Below are positions 53,071-63,055 of a stretch of DNA of 64,000 bases, in pieces. The notes beneath the pieces were generated by a model. The model searched no databases. It had not been told where the DNA came from and saw nothing but the letters and a program-made list of their open reading frames with translations. The DNA comes from an uncultured Holophagales bacterium (lineage in GTDB: Bacteria > Acidobacteriota > Thermoanaerobaculia > Multivoradales > UBA5704), in assembly GCA_963842525.1 (NCBI GenBank), contig CAWJGT010000009.1, positions 320,001 to 384,000 of the forward strand. The letters are read 5' to 3'. Within the stretch, counting starts at the first letter, position 1. Each line of letters starts with the position of its first letter. The translations under genes and the position numbers were made by a program.

Positions 53071-54634
53071 CGGGGTATTGTACGGCGCGTTTGCGCCGTC
53101 GTTCCCCCTTACCGCTCGGCAGCTTCGGCAGCGCCGTCCGCTCCGCCGCCCGGCACCCCGCGCCGGCGCAGGTGCTCAGGGCCTTGACGATCGCGGAGAG
53201 CTTCCCGAGGTAGACCGGGGTCAGCGTCTTGGCGATGTTCTTCAGCTCGTGGGGGTCCTTCACCAGGTCGTAGTACTCCAGCTCGCCGGACTCGTACTCG
53301 ACGTACTTGAAGGTGGCGGTGCGCAGGCCGAGGTGGGTCGGGACCTCCTCGCCGCCCGGCACGTCCGAGGGCTCGAGCGTCGTGGCCGTGCTCTGAGGGG
53401 CCGCCACGAAGTGGTACTGCTCGAGCAGGACGGACTTCCGCCAGGCCGGCGGCTTGGGCTGGCCGCGGAGGAGCTGCGCCAGGGAGCGGCCGTCGGATGG
53501 TGCGAGGAGCGGGGTGCTGGTCAGCTCGGCGATGGTGGGAGCCAGGTCCACGCTCACCGCCAGCGCGTCCACCTTGAGGTTGGCAGGGATCCCCGGTCCG
53601 CGCACCAGGAATGGCACCCGGACGTCCTCCTCGTAGGGCGTGTACTTGCCTGAATTCAGGCGGTGCTGGCCGAGGTGGAAACCGTTGTCCGAGGTGAAGA
53701 AGATGTAGGTGTTGTCGAGCTGGCCGCTCTGGCTGAGCGATTCGACGATCCCGGCGACCATGTCATCCACCGCCTGCAGGGTGCGCAGCCGCAGCCGGTA
53801 CAGGATGCTGAGGTTGGTGACCTCCTGCTCGTTGAGCAGGGCTTTTTGCCGCACCTTGGGTTTGTCCTTCATGTCGCGCTCGTTGAACGACGGCGTGCGC
53901 GGCGCTTCCAGGCCGACGAAGAGCTTCGAGTGGCGCGGCGCCGGCACGCTCGGCTTGTGCGGCACGAACGGCGCCACGAGGAGGAAGAAGGGCTCCTCCG
54001 CCGCGATCGAGCGGGTCATGAAGTCGCGCGCCTGCTGGGCGAGGACGTCGGTCAGGTAGTCCTCCGGCGCCTTGCCGCGCCCGACCAGAACGCCGTTGTC
54101 GTTGACGGTGTAGTTGAAGCCGCCGTACGGAGCCCCGGCGGCCGGCGCGAACCACTCGTCCCAGCCCGGGGGGACATACGTCTTGTTTCCCACGAGCGGG
54201 TACTCGTTCATGTATTTGCCCAGGAGCGCGGTGCGATAGCCGTTCTGCTGCAGGGCAGCGGCCACGGTCTTCTCCTCGTGGCCCAGATTCATGAAGCGCA
54301 GGAACCCGCCGTCGGGCCGGAAATTCTGGTAGATGCCGTGGTTGTGGATGTACTTACCGGTCAGGATCGTGGCACGCGACGGGCAGCAGAGCGAGGTCGG
54401 CACGAAGTAATGGGAAAAGGTCGCTCCCTGCGCGCCGAGCAGGCTCCGGGTCTTCGGCATGTAGTCCATGCTGCCCAGGACGAGGTCCTGGTCGTCGGTC
54501 AGGACCACGACGATGTTGGGACGGGCGGCGGCGGCTGGCGGTGCGGCCGGGCCTTCCGCGGAAGAGCCGGCGGCCACCAGGCCGGTGGCAAGCAGGACGA
54601 GGCCGAGGATCGGAGCATGGGTCTTCGCAGGCAT
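52991..54634 (-). CDS. Exported sulfatase (GlcNAc-6-sulfatase-like); true stop probably near 53110
   Basis: TDDQD, LCCPSRATILTG, GKY, SDNGFHLG. Confidence 0.92.
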   Translation of the reverse strand: MPAKTHAPILGLVLLATGLVAAGSSAEGPAAPPAAAARPNIVVVLTDDQDLVLGSMDYMPKTRSLLGAQGATFSHYFVPTSLCCPSRATILTGKYIHNHGIYQNFRPDGGFLRFMNLGHEEKTVAAALQQNGYRTALLGKYMNEYPLVGNKTYVPPGWDEWFAPAAGAPYGGFNYTVNDNGVLVGRGKAPEDYLTDVLAQQARDFMTRSIAAEEPFFLLVAPFVPHKPSVPAPRHSKLFVGLEAPRTPSFNERDMKDKPKVRQKALLNEQEVTNLSILYRLRLRTLQAVDDMVAGIVESLSQSGQLDNTYIFFTSDNGFHLGQHRLNSGKYTPYEEDVRVPFLVRGPGIPANLKVDALAVSVDLAPTIAELTSTPLLAPSDGRSLAQLLRGQPKPPAWRKSVLLEQYHFVAAPQSTATTLEPSDVPGGEEVPTHLGLRTATFKYVEYESGELEYYDLVKDPHELKNIAKTLTPVYLGKLSAIVKALSTCAGAGCRAAERTALPKLPSGKGERRRKRAVQYPDGAAFRPRDPHPGRVGCRPSGCADDA

Positions 54635-54691
54635 TTCGGGATCCTCGCAGGATGCCGTAGGGTACCACGGCAGTACAGCTCGCCGGGCTGT

Positions 54692-56209
54692 TTACGGACC
54701 AGGGACCGGCGCCGTTTCGGCCGCGCGGCAGCCCGCGCCGGCGCAGCGCCTCAGGGCCGCCATGTAGCGCGAGAGCCGGGCGGCGTAGGCCGGGTCCAGC
54801 GCCGCCGCCAGGTTGCTCAGCTCGTAGGGGTCCTTGATCAGGTCGTAGTACTCCCGTTCGCCGGTGTCGTACTCGACGTATTTGTAGGTCCGGGTACGCA
54901 GGCCGGTGAGAGTCGAATGCTGCTGGCCCGCCGGGACGTCCGAGGGCTCGAGCACGCCGCTTTCGTCCTGCGGCTCCTCGCGGAAGCCGAGCTGCTCGAT
55001 CAGGACCGCCTGCCGCCACGCGCCGGGCTTCCTGCCGCGCAGCAGCGGCACCAGCGAGCGGCCGTCGGAGGGCATCTGCAAGGTGGCGCCGGCGAGGTCC
55101 GCGATCGTCGGCGCCAGGTCGATGCTCATGGTGAACGCATCCACCTTGAGGCCGGCGGGCACGCCGGGGCCGCGGACCAGGAGGGGGACCCGGATGTCCT
55201 CCTCGAACGGCGTGTACTTGCTCGCCAGCAGCCGGTGCTGGCCCATGTGGAAGCCGTTGTCCGAGGTGAAGAAGACGTAGGTGTTCTCCATCTGGCCGGC
55301 CTGGCGGAGCCCGTCGAGCAGGCCGGCGACCATCTCGTCCACCGCCCGCAGGGTGCGCAGCCGCTTGCGGTAGAGCACGTCGAGGTTGCCCATCTCGTGG
55401 CGGGTGAGCGGGGGCCTCTGCCGGGCCTTCGGCTTGTCGCTCACGTCGGCCTCGTTGTAGGAAGGCGTCCTGGGGACCTGAGAGTCGCCGAAGGCCCGCG
55501 CATGCCGCGGCGCCGGGGTGCTGGGCTTGTGCGGCGCGTAGGGCGCCAGGTAGAGGAAGAACGGGTCCTTGCCGGCGGCGGCCCGGGCCACGAAGTCGCG
55601 CGCCTCCTCGGCGAGCACATCGGTCAGGTAGTCGTCCGGCGCCTCGCCGCGGGGGATGAGGGTGCCGTTGTGGTTCAGCCTGTAGTTGAATCCCGCATAG
55701 GCGGACCCGTCGATGGGCACGATCCACTCGTCCCAGCCCGTCGGGATGTGGGTCTCGTCCGACCCGGTGGGATAGTCGTTCAGGTACTTGCCGAAGAGGG
55801 CCGTGCGATAGCCGGCCCGGTCGAGGGTCACGGCGAGCGAAGTCTCCTCGCGGCCGAGCGCCCGGAAGCGCACGAAGCCGCCGCCGGGAGCACTGTTGAG
55901 GTAGACCCCGTGGTTGTGCGCGTACTGGCCGGTCAGGATGGTGGCGCGCGACGGGCAGCAGAGCGACAGCGGCACGTACTGCTGCGAGAAGACCGCGCCC
56001 CGTTTGGCGATCTGCCGCCAGGTCTGGGGCATGGCGTCGAGGGAATCCAGCAGGAGGTCCTGGTCGTCGGTCAGGATCAGGACGATGTTTGGCTTGGCCG
56101 CCCGGCGGGCAGGCTCCGCGGCGGGGCCGCTGCCTGACGAGGTCCCCGTCAGGAGGCCCGCGAGGATGAGGAGGCCCGTCAGGGCTGCGGTGTGCGGCTT
56201 CGACGGCAT
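54692..56209 (-). CDS. Exported sulfatase, tandem paralogue
   Basis: PNIVLILTDDQD, LCCPSRATILTG, SDNGFHMG. Confidence 0.92.
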   Translation of the reverse strand: MPSKPHTAALTGLLILAGLLTGTSSGSGPAAEPARRAAKPNIVLILTDDQDLLLDSLDAMPQTWRQIAKRGAVFSQQYVPLSLCCPSRATILTGQYAHNHGVYLNSAPGGGFVRFRALGREETSLAVTLDRAGYRTALFGKYLNDYPTGSDETHIPTGWDEWIVPIDGSAYAGFNYRLNHNGTLIPRGEAPDDYLTDVLAEEARDFVARAAAGKDPFFLYLAPYAPHKPSTPAPRHARAFGDSQVPRTPSYNEADVSDKPKARQRPPLTRHEMGNLDVLYRKRLRTLRAVDEMVAGLLDGLRQAGQMENTYVFFTSDNGFHMGQHRLLASKYTPFEEDIRVPLLVRGPGVPAGLKVDAFTMSIDLAPTIADLAGATLQMPSDGRSLVPLLRGRKPGAWRQAVLIEQLGFREEPQDESGVLEPSDVPAGQQHSTLTGLRTRTYKYVEYDTGEREYYDLIKDPYELSNLAAALDPAYAARLSRYMAALRRCAGAGCRAAETAPVPGP

Positions 56210-56228
56210 CGCACTATCCTCGCACAGG
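56129..56228. repeat. Direct repeat, left copy (sulfatase start region)
   Basis: 56160-56228 is identical (69 bp) to 57726-57794; about 30 bp more align with mismatches. Confidence 0.9.
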
Positions 56229-56325
56229 GCCCCCTCTCGCGTTCGGGGAGGTGGGCCGGGAGCAATCTGAGCGAACTGATCCGCTTGTGTTGACAAGCGC
56301 GCTGTGTAAGGGTACGCATCCAGGA

Positions 56326-56682
56326 ATGGACGCGACGAAGACCCTCGACCATCCGTCTCCCGCCGGCGGCAGGGTCTCTCAAAGGCTCAAGGAGATCACG
56401 CGGCGTCTCGTGGCGGAGTTCGCGCCGGAGAGGATCATCCTCTTCGGTTCCCACGCCTGGGGCCACCCGGACGAGAACAGTGACGTCGATTTGCTGGTGG
56501 TAGTATCCGAGAGCGACCTGCCCCCGCCGCAGCGCGCAGCACGAGCCTACCGTTGCCTGCGCGAAGTGCCGGTTCCTCTGGACATCCTGGTCAAGACTCG
56601 GGAAGAGGTGGAGCGCACCCGCCACGTGCCCGCCTCGCTGATCAACGAAGTCTTTGAGCGGGGCTGGGTCCTCTATGGATGA
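56326..56682 (+). CDS. Minimal nucleotidyltransferase (MNT)
   Basis: ERIILFGSHAWGHPDENSDVDLLVV. Confidence 0.9.
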   Translation: MDATKTLDHPSPAGGRVSQRLKEITRRLVAEFAPERIILFGSHAWGHPDENSDVDLLVVVSESDLPPPQRAARAYRCLREVPVPLDILVKTREEVERTRHVPASLINEVFERGWVLYG

Positions 56683-57157
56683 GGCCCGGCGCCGTTTGGT
56701 CCAAGGTTGGTTGATCAAAGCGCTGCGCGACGTGGCCACAGCCCGCAAGCTGGCCCAGGACCCGAGCCCTCTTCTCGACACGGCGATCTACCACTGTCAG
56801 CAGGCGGCAGAAAAGGCTGTCAAAGGATTTCTCGCCTACCATGAACAGACGGTCGTCAAGACGCATGACGTCCGTTTTCTGGTGAACCAGGCTCTGGCGT
56901 TCGAGCCGGGCTTCGTGGAGTGGCTCGAGGCAGCCGAGTGTGTTACGCCTTATGCAACGGCGTACCGCTATCCTGGCGAGATCCTGGAGCCCGAGGAAGG
57001 AGAGTTCGAGACAGCGAGGGATGCAGCAGCCGGCCTCGTTGCGTTCGTGCTGCGCGTGCTGCCCGAGGACGTGCATCCAGGTGCAGAAGCGCGCGAACTG
57101 CTCGCGGGAGCATCTCTGAATGGTATGGACGAGGCTAAAAAGGGACACTGGCGGTGA
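56675..57157 (+). CDS. HEPN-domain protein
   Basis: WLIKALRD, YHCQQAAEKAVKGFL, KTHD, YRYPG. Confidence 0.9.
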   Translation: MDEARRRLVQGWLIKALRDVATARKLAQDPSPLLDTAIYHCQQAAEKAVKGFLAYHEQTVVKTHDVRFLVNQALAFEPGFVEWLEAAECVTPYATAYRYPGEILEPEEGEFETARDAAAGLVAFVLRVLPEDVHPGAEARELLAGASLNGMDEAKKGHWR

Positions 57158-57694
57158 GGAGTGCTATCTAATAGACAATCCCGTGAGTCAACCGCAGCCT
57201 CCAGAAGGCTCGCCGAAGACTTGGACATTGACCGCGAGGACCGTAAGGGCCAAGCGGCAGGGGGTCAGAACGACGAAGGAGCGGCGATCACTCGCGCTGC
57301 ATTCAGGCTGCTGAAGCGGGTAAATGTAGCATTCCTAATCATCTGTATTGCCACGGCTCGTCCCACCGGGCCAGCCTTTTCTAGTCAATCTTCGGCCGCA
57401 GAGAGCCGTGCCAATTCGAAGGACGGCCCCAAGAGGCAACCTCCTCGCGCTCGTGATGACATAGCCGAAGCAGCTGCTGAATATGGAGGAACGCCACCCG
57501 AATCAAAGCTGAAACCGCCAAACCCCTCCACCGAGCCACCTCAACCACCAGTGAAGAGGCCATCCATGGAGGATTGCGAGTGCCGATCAGGCGTGCGTCA
57601 CTGTTTGAAGGTTTTGGAGGGGTTTCAGGCGGGCGCGTTTACGCATCCTCACCTGAAGAGCTTCGCTAATCTATGGAGTCAGCCAACTCGGACG

Positions 57695-57794
57695 GCTGCC
57701 CGACGACGTCCCTGTCAGAAGCCCGGCGAGGATGAGGAGGCCCGTCAGGGCTGCGGTGTGCGGCTTCGACGGCATCGCACTATCCTCGCACAGG
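57695..57794. repeat. Direct repeat, right copy (orphan sulfatase 5' end)
   Basis: Encodes MPSKPHTAALTGLLILAG again on the minus strand, then diverges. Confidence 0.9.
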
Positions 57795-57828
57795 CCGAGC
57801 CGGGACCGGGGAGCAGAAATGATGAGGC

Positions 57829-57854
57829 CCAGGGGCGCAGGTCTGCGCCCCTGG
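57829..57854 (-). terminator. Stem-loop terminator
   Basis: ccaggggcgcag-gt-ctgcgcccctgg just after the stop at 57869. Confidence 0.6.
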
Positions 57855-57868
57855 ATCCGTGGTGGTTT

Positions 57869-58663
57869 TTACTGATTCCCAGGGGTGGTCGCGCGGTCCC
57901 AGGAGTCCTTGACGGCCTCCTTGGCGCGCTCCCACGTCAGACGGGATTTCCCCTTGGCCTTTTCCCAGCCGCGCTCGAGGTCGTTCTGGGCATCGTTCCA
58001 GTTGCGGCCCTGATACAGGCTGGCCGACTCGTAGCCGTAGCGGTAAGCGGGCTGGAGGTCGGTGTCGTAGTCGTGGCTGCCGCCCGCAGCATAGGGGCGG
58101 CTCTGCCAGCTCTGGCGCCAGTAGGGGTCCTCCTGGTTTTCGTAGCGGTACCGGCCCTCGACCCGGTTCCAGGCGTCGCGGGCCGCGTGGCGCGCTTCGT
58201 TCCAGCCGAGGCTCGCGTTGCGCGAAGTCCAGTCGCGTCCGAGGTCGCCTTCCACGTCGTTCCAGTTGATGTCGGTGTGACGGGTGCGCGCCTCCCAGCC
58301 ATAGCGGTAGGCGGGCTGCAGCTCCTCGTAGCTCCGGCCCTGGGCATACGGCCGGGTGGTGTAGTGCTCGCGCCAGAAGGTGTCTTCTTCGGTCGGGTTG
58401 ACCGACTCGGCCATCCCTTTGCCGGCGAGGCCGCCGGCCAGGCCGCCGACCGCGGCGCCGATCATCGCGCCCACCGGGCCGCCCACCGCGCCGCCGACCA
58501 CCGCGCCGACCGTGCCGCCGGTGGCGGCGCCAACCCCGGTGCCGACCGGATGGGCGCCCGGCTCGCCGGTGATCGGATCATGGTTTGCATCCTCTCGAGC
58601 CAGGTTCTCGGTCTCGAGCGTGGTTGTCTTCGTCGTTCCAGTCCGAACGTTGTCGTCTGCCAT
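57869..58663 (-). CDS. Glycine-zipper general-stress-type conserved protein
   Basis: DANHDPITGEPGAHPVGTG, glycine zipper, two EDxYWR...PAYRYG...W repeats; RBS AAGGAGG. Confidence 0.85.
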   Translation of the reverse strand: MADDNVRTGTTKTTTLETENLAREDANHDPITGEPGAHPVGTGVGAATGGTVGAVVGGAVGGPVGAMIGAAVGGLAGGLAGKGMAESVNPTEEDTFWREHYTTRPYAQGRSYEELQPAYRYGWEARTRHTDINWNDVEGDLGRDWTSRNASLGWNEARHAARDAWNRVEGRYRYENQEDPYWRQSWQSRPYAAGGSHDYDTDLQPAYRYGYESASLYQGRNWNDAQNDLERGWEKAKGKSRLTWERAKEAVKDSWDRATTPGNQ

Positions 58664-58772
58664 GCTGGTTCCTCCTTCGTCGGTTGTGCGGGCATTCGAG
58701 TCCAGCGGCCCCGTCCCTGCCCGGGACCCGAGAGGGGAGTCTGCAAAGGCGGGGCCAGGAGAGCGGGGTTTT

Positions 58773-59519
58773 TCAGCCAGGCGTGCCGGATGGGAGCGGG
58801 AGCCAGAGGTGGAGAAGGGAGATGTCTCCGGGACCGTGATTCCGGCCAGGATAGGTCCAGGTTCGCTGGTGGCCGGATTCGTAGATGAGGGGACCTCCGG
58901 AGAAATCGCGAGAGGAGCGGGGAGAATGGCGGACTTGGAGTTCTTCGGTCTCGGATGTGGCACGGCGAAGATAGGGTAGGAGGACGCCGGAGACGGAGAA
59001 GCCTGGATGCGCGTAGGCGAGCAGCATTCCGCAAGGCATCGCCCAGGCGTAGTCTCCGGCGACGAAACGTAGGATGCCGCCTCCGCAATACGCGGTCACC
59101 GGATGGCTTGGACCAACGATCTTGCATTCCACAAAGAGCGCATACAGAGACCGGTCGAGGCCCGGCTGGATGGAGATCAGCCGGAACGTGAGGTCCGGCC
59201 GCTTCTCCAGGGATTGGTTGTTGTAATTGGGGATCTCGGCTCCACGCACGACATCCTGGAAGAGAGAGCCTGTGAAGCCGGAAGGATGGCCGGGTTCCCC
59301 CAGGATGGTGTTGAGGGCAATCTCCAGCCGGGAGGTGATCGCCGGCTCCGGCTCTGCACAGAGGTTTCCTCCGTCCAAGGCCATCTGTTCCAGGATGCAC
59401 TCCCAGGCCGAGCGCAGAGCCTGGATGATGATCTGCTTGCAGACAAGCTCCAGATCACGGAGCGGGTAGGAAACTTCTGGCCTACGGAGGGGAGCCGTGA
59501 GGCGGGGACGCCGGCTCAT
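58773..59519 (-). CDS. Putative PD-(D/E)XK nuclease downstream of the RM-like gene
   Basis: EKRPDLTF...FVECK...GILRFVAGDYA; ATGA overlap with the exon 2 stop. Confidence 0.7.
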   Translation of the reverse strand: MSRRPRLTAPLRRPEVSYPLRDLELVCKQIIIQALRSAWECILEQMALDGGNLCAEPEPAITSRLEIALNTILGEPGHPSGFTGSLFQDVVRGAEIPNYNNQSLEKRPDLTFRLISIQPGLDRSLYALFVECKIVGPSHPVTAYCGGGILRFVAGDYAWAMPCGMLLAYAHPGFSVSGVLLPYLRRATSETEELQVRHSPRSSRDFSGGPLIYESGHQRTWTYPGRNHGPGDISLLHLWLPLPSGTPG

Positions 59520-59594
59520 CGCGACTCCAGGAGACTCGGCAGGTGTTCCTGGATGATCGTGAGGGCGCATAGACGCGCCCGGCTGGGGGTCCAG
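59516..59594 (-). CDS. Exon 2 of the intron-split RM-like gene (WTPSRARLCALTIIQEHLPSLLESR*)
   Basis: In frame with exon 1 after intron removal; its stop overlaps the next start codon. Confidence 0.75.
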
Positions 59595-60408
59595 GCCGAG
59601 TAGGCCGGGGGACCTTACGGCCCCCCAGCCCCTCTAAGAACCGTACGTGCGAGTTTCCCCGCATACGGCTCAAGCACCTCAAAGGCCGATCCGTGACCGA
59701 CCCGGTTGTCCCTACAACTGGACATCCTTTGCGATACTACCATGGCAGGCACCAGCTCTGGACCAGCCAGAGGAGGGGGCGCACAGACGGGTGGCCGAAC
59801 CACCTCCATCTCCTATTTGCCTTCCCCGTTCAAGGTGTTCTCCATACGCTCTCGCAAAGAGGCACCAGTCGGACGTGGGCTCACTTTCGTGCCGGGTGAC
59901 GTTGAAACCCGTATCCGCACCATTACAGGACGGCATTCGCTTCTTCCGACCTCCCAAGCCCGCACCTCCAATGAGATCCCCTTGCGGTTCACCTGCCCTT
60001 GCGGGCGAAGATACGGGGTTACCACGTTCCGCTCCTGAAGTCTGCGCGGGGTTAGGTACCTGCTGTCGACCGGGGAGCCCTATCGACCACGAGGTGGCAC
60101 CGTTAAATCCACCTCCGGCCCCCATACCTTTTGGTTCGAGCTTGTCAGCCACTTTAGCTCGTTCGCGCTTGACGGTCGTTGCACAGGTTCACATGTGTTT
60201 ACCTTACCCGCTACCTAGCCATTGCCCGGCTTGTGGCTGCCAGGAGAGCAGGTCCCTCACGGTTCCCGCCCCGCACGCTTGCGCGTGCCTCTGTACATTG
60301 TCGGAGCCGCTCTTTATTCAGGCCCCTAGGTTCACCCGGTGGTACGGGTGGTTCCGTCTCTGACTGCGAGGGGAACAACTTCATATATAAAGCGACATCG
60401 TGTCGCAG
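59595..60408 (-). mobile_element. ORF-less group II intron, 814 nt
   Basis: Domain V gagccgtatgcggggaaactcgcacgtacggttc; domain VI ending cctactcggc; 5' end CTGCGACACG; EBS1 loop TAACGGT against exon ACCGCTA; removal restores QYRYWTPSR. Confidence 0.92.
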
Positions 60409-61430
60409 TAGCGGTATTGCCGCAGGACGGCGAGCAGCAGGCAGCGCTCGCGAGGCTGGACGAGCACGATCTGGCTGGCCCCCTCCTGATCGGCTTGGTC
60501 GAGAAGGTCGCGCAGGATACTGGCCTTCGGATTCTTCCCGGTTGAACTGTCCAAGCCGAGACAAAGGATCTCCCATGGGGAGTCCGCCGGCCGCTGGAAG
60601 CGGAGGACGCTCAGGCGATGCCCAGCGGTATAGGCGAACGGCTCGAGCTCGCGCTGGAGCCGGGCCGCAAACTCGGTGATCTCGGAGTCCCAAGGCGGAC
60701 GTTGCGCTTCCTGGCGGACCCCGGTATACGGCAGGCCGGTGGCGAGCGTGTCGCGGATGGCCTCCGTATCCCACCGGTTCAGGCTGTAGGCCCGCGCCGC
60801 CCAGTCATCAATCTCGCGCCAGGGCTCCTCACCCGAGAAGAGAGCCTCTGAAAGGGGTTCGATCGCGGAGCGGAGCGGAGCTGTAAGCTTCTCCAGGGGA
60901 CGGAGAGGAAAGCTGTCCACATCCTCCTTGTACAGGGCGTCCCGCTCGACGCCGAACTGACCGCTCGTCAGCAGGGCGTGCCAGAGAAAGAGATCGCTGT
61001 GGATGAGAAGGACGAGATAGCGCGCCAGGGTTTCGGGCTCGCGATGCCCGCAGGCGCTGTAGCCGTAGAAGGATTCGCTATAGGCAAGATTCGAGAGACA
61101 GTAGAACGCCCGACCTTGTGTACGGTCGCGCGGTGTCGATTTTCGGGCAACCACCAGGGGGCCCTCGTAGATGGTCTTCTTGCGCCGGCGGTGTACCGTG
61201 AGCCGGTTGAAGCGCGGCAAGCTTTCGGGATCAATCCTGATTGAGCCCCGGTACCTCGTCGTGAGCTCCGGAAGGTCTTTCAGAAAATCGGCGTCCTGAT
61301 TTCTCCCTTGCACCTGATATCCCGCCCCGGTGCGATCCTCTCCGAAAGATTGCAGAACTGTCGGCCAACGGTGGGCACGGATTTTTTGGAGCACCGAGGC
61401 ATCGAGCGCCGTGTTTCTTGCGGATCTCCC
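60409..61430 (-). pseudogene. C-terminal (target-recognition-like) part of an N6-adenine methyltransferase/type IIG RM-like gene; 5' part missing
   Basis: TALDASVLQKI...IYEGPLVVARKS...YSESFYGYS...LLTSGQFGVERD; no FxGxG or NPP motif upstream; family assignment from recall. Confidence 0.6.
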
Positions 61431-61690
61431 GAACCGGCAATAGCCTCGGCTCTCTTCGGCTCGGCGTATCCAGCCCAGAGTATACGAGGAGCGTGAATCA
61501 GGCGCAAATCTGTGTGGCTGACCGCGATGTCTTTTGAGGCCTTCGGAATGCCGGAACGGTAGAGCTGCTCCGGCTCGGCGGCCAGCCGGACGGCCCGATG
61601 GAGCTCCCGCTCCGCGAAGCCTGCGAGCCGCTCGTCTCCGGGAGCGGCACAAGCCGATTCCTGGAGGCTCCGGCTGTTTTTGTGGGAGAT

Positions 61691-61931
61691 CCGCTCCGCG
61701 GAGCGGACCGTCTGTTCCGCGGAGCGGAGGACCTGGACCGCGGAACGAGTCGTCCGCTCCGTGGCGCGAGCGCCCGCTCCATGGTCTGGGCGATCTGCTC
61801 CATTGGGTGGCCTGCTCCACGGTCTGGGTGGCCTGCTCCACGGAGCGAGTGGGTCAGACCCTGGCGCGGACGGCACGTTCCGCGGCTGGACAGCCCGTTC
61901 CACGGAGCGGCTCGTCCGCTCCGCGGAGCGG
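61691..61931. repeat. Degenerate ~21-bp tandem array, about 12 units
   Basis: CCNNGG-like cores at 61696, 61717, 61738, 61759, 61779, 61800, 61817, 61838, 61859, 61880, 61900, 61921; consensus near ccgctccgcggagcgg. Confidence 0.8.
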
Positions 61932-62050
61932 GAGGCCCAGAATTCGGTGGTGCCGGCTCAGGAGGTGGCCAGGAACAGGCAGGAACAGGTGCGAGAAGGC
62001 CGGTCTTCCGCCTTGCCTTCCCTGCCGGGCTCCGGTACCCTCCCGGCAGC

Positions 62051-63055
62051 ATGAAACACCTGGGATCGGTGCTCCTCCTGGCTCTTGCGCTCGGGCTGGT
62101 CGCCTGCCAGCCGCGTGGGCGCGCCGCGAGCGACGCGGACAAGGTGCATGTCGGCATCGTCTTCGATGCCGGCGGCAAGGATGACCGGTCGTTCAATGCC
62201 GCGGCATGGAAAGGGGCCACTCGCGCGGTCAAGGACTTTCCCATCGTGCTGCGCGATGCCGAGCCGGGCGATCCGACGTCGGTCGAGCCCGCGCTGCGCG
62301 CCTTTGCCGAGCGCGGTTATGACCTGGTGATCGGCGTCGGCTTCTCGCAGACCCCGATTGTGACGGCGGTGGGCACGGATTATCCGGAGCTCGACTTCGC
62401 CATCGTCGACGGCGTCACCGAGCTGCCCAATGTGGCTTCGCTCATCTTCAAGGAGCACGAAGGCTCCTATCTGGTCGGCATGATCGCCGCCCGCACGACC
62501 AAGACAGGCGTGCTCGGCTTCGTCGGCGGCATGGACATCCCGCTCATCCACAAGTTCGCGACCGGCTACGAGGAGGGGGTGCACGCGGTCGATCCGAAGT
62601 TCCGGGTGATCCAGAACTACGTCGGCGTCACCGATGCGGCGTGGAACAACCCGGGCAAGGGCAAGGAGCTGTCGGTCGCGCAGATCGGCAAGGGGGCGGA
62701 CGTCATCTTCGCCGCCGCCGGCAACTCGGGGCTCGGCGCCTTCGACGCCGCCGAGCAGTACGACAAGTTCGTCATCGGCGTCGACTCGAACCAGAACTGG
62801 GTCAAGCCCGGCCACGTGCTGACCAGCATGGTCAAGCGGGTCGACAACGCCGTCTACCAGATCATCCGCGACCGGGTGCAGGGCAAATTCAAGGGCGGCA
62901 TCCACGTCTACGGCCTGGAGAACGACGGCATCGGCTACGCAATGGACCAGTACAACGAGAAGCTGATCCCACCCGACGTGATCCGCGAGGTCGAGGCCGC
63001 GAAGCAGAAGATCATCCGCGGCGAGATCAAGGTCACCGACGCGATGGCCAAGTGA
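62051..63055 (+). CDS. BMP-family ABC substrate-binding lipoprotein (nucleoside-type)
   Basis: Lipobox [39 protein letters not shown]. Confidence 0.93.
   Translation: MKHLGSVLLLALALGLVACQPRGRAASDADKVHVGIVFDAGGKDDRSFNAAAWKGATRAVKDFPIVLRDAEPGDPTSVEPALRAFAERGYDLVIGVGFSQTPIVTAVGTDYPELDFAIVDGVTELPNVASLIFKEHEGSYLVGMIAARTTKTGVLGFVGGMDIPLIHKFATGYEEGVHAVDPKFRVIQNYVGVTDAAWNNPGKGKELSVAQIGKGADVIFAAAGNSGLGAFDAAEQYDKFVIGVDSNQNWVKPGHVLTSMVKRVDNAVYQIIRDRVQGKFKGGIHVYGLENDGIGYAMDQYNEKLIPPDVIREVEAAKQKIIRGEIKVTDAMAK

Noticed and set aside
52991-53110. Real 80-bp overlap between the sulfatase C-terminus and the helicase start
   Set aside because: The paralogue ends earlier and an out-of-frame TAA lies at 53109-53111, so this is probably an indel read-through.
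57161-58888. 575-aa ORF on the plus strand
   Set aside because: It runs across a repeat, a terminator and the antisense of a real gene; at most 57200-57600 could be a gene fragment, which I cannot support.
59615-60363. ORFs within the intron as a reverse transcriptase/maturase
   Set aside because: No YADD or other RT motifs; only a short remnant is present.
61430-61903. N-terminal extension of ORF 60381..61841 as part of the RM-like protein
   Set aside because: It translates the 21-bp repeat array and low-complexity sequence and has no methyltransferase motifs.
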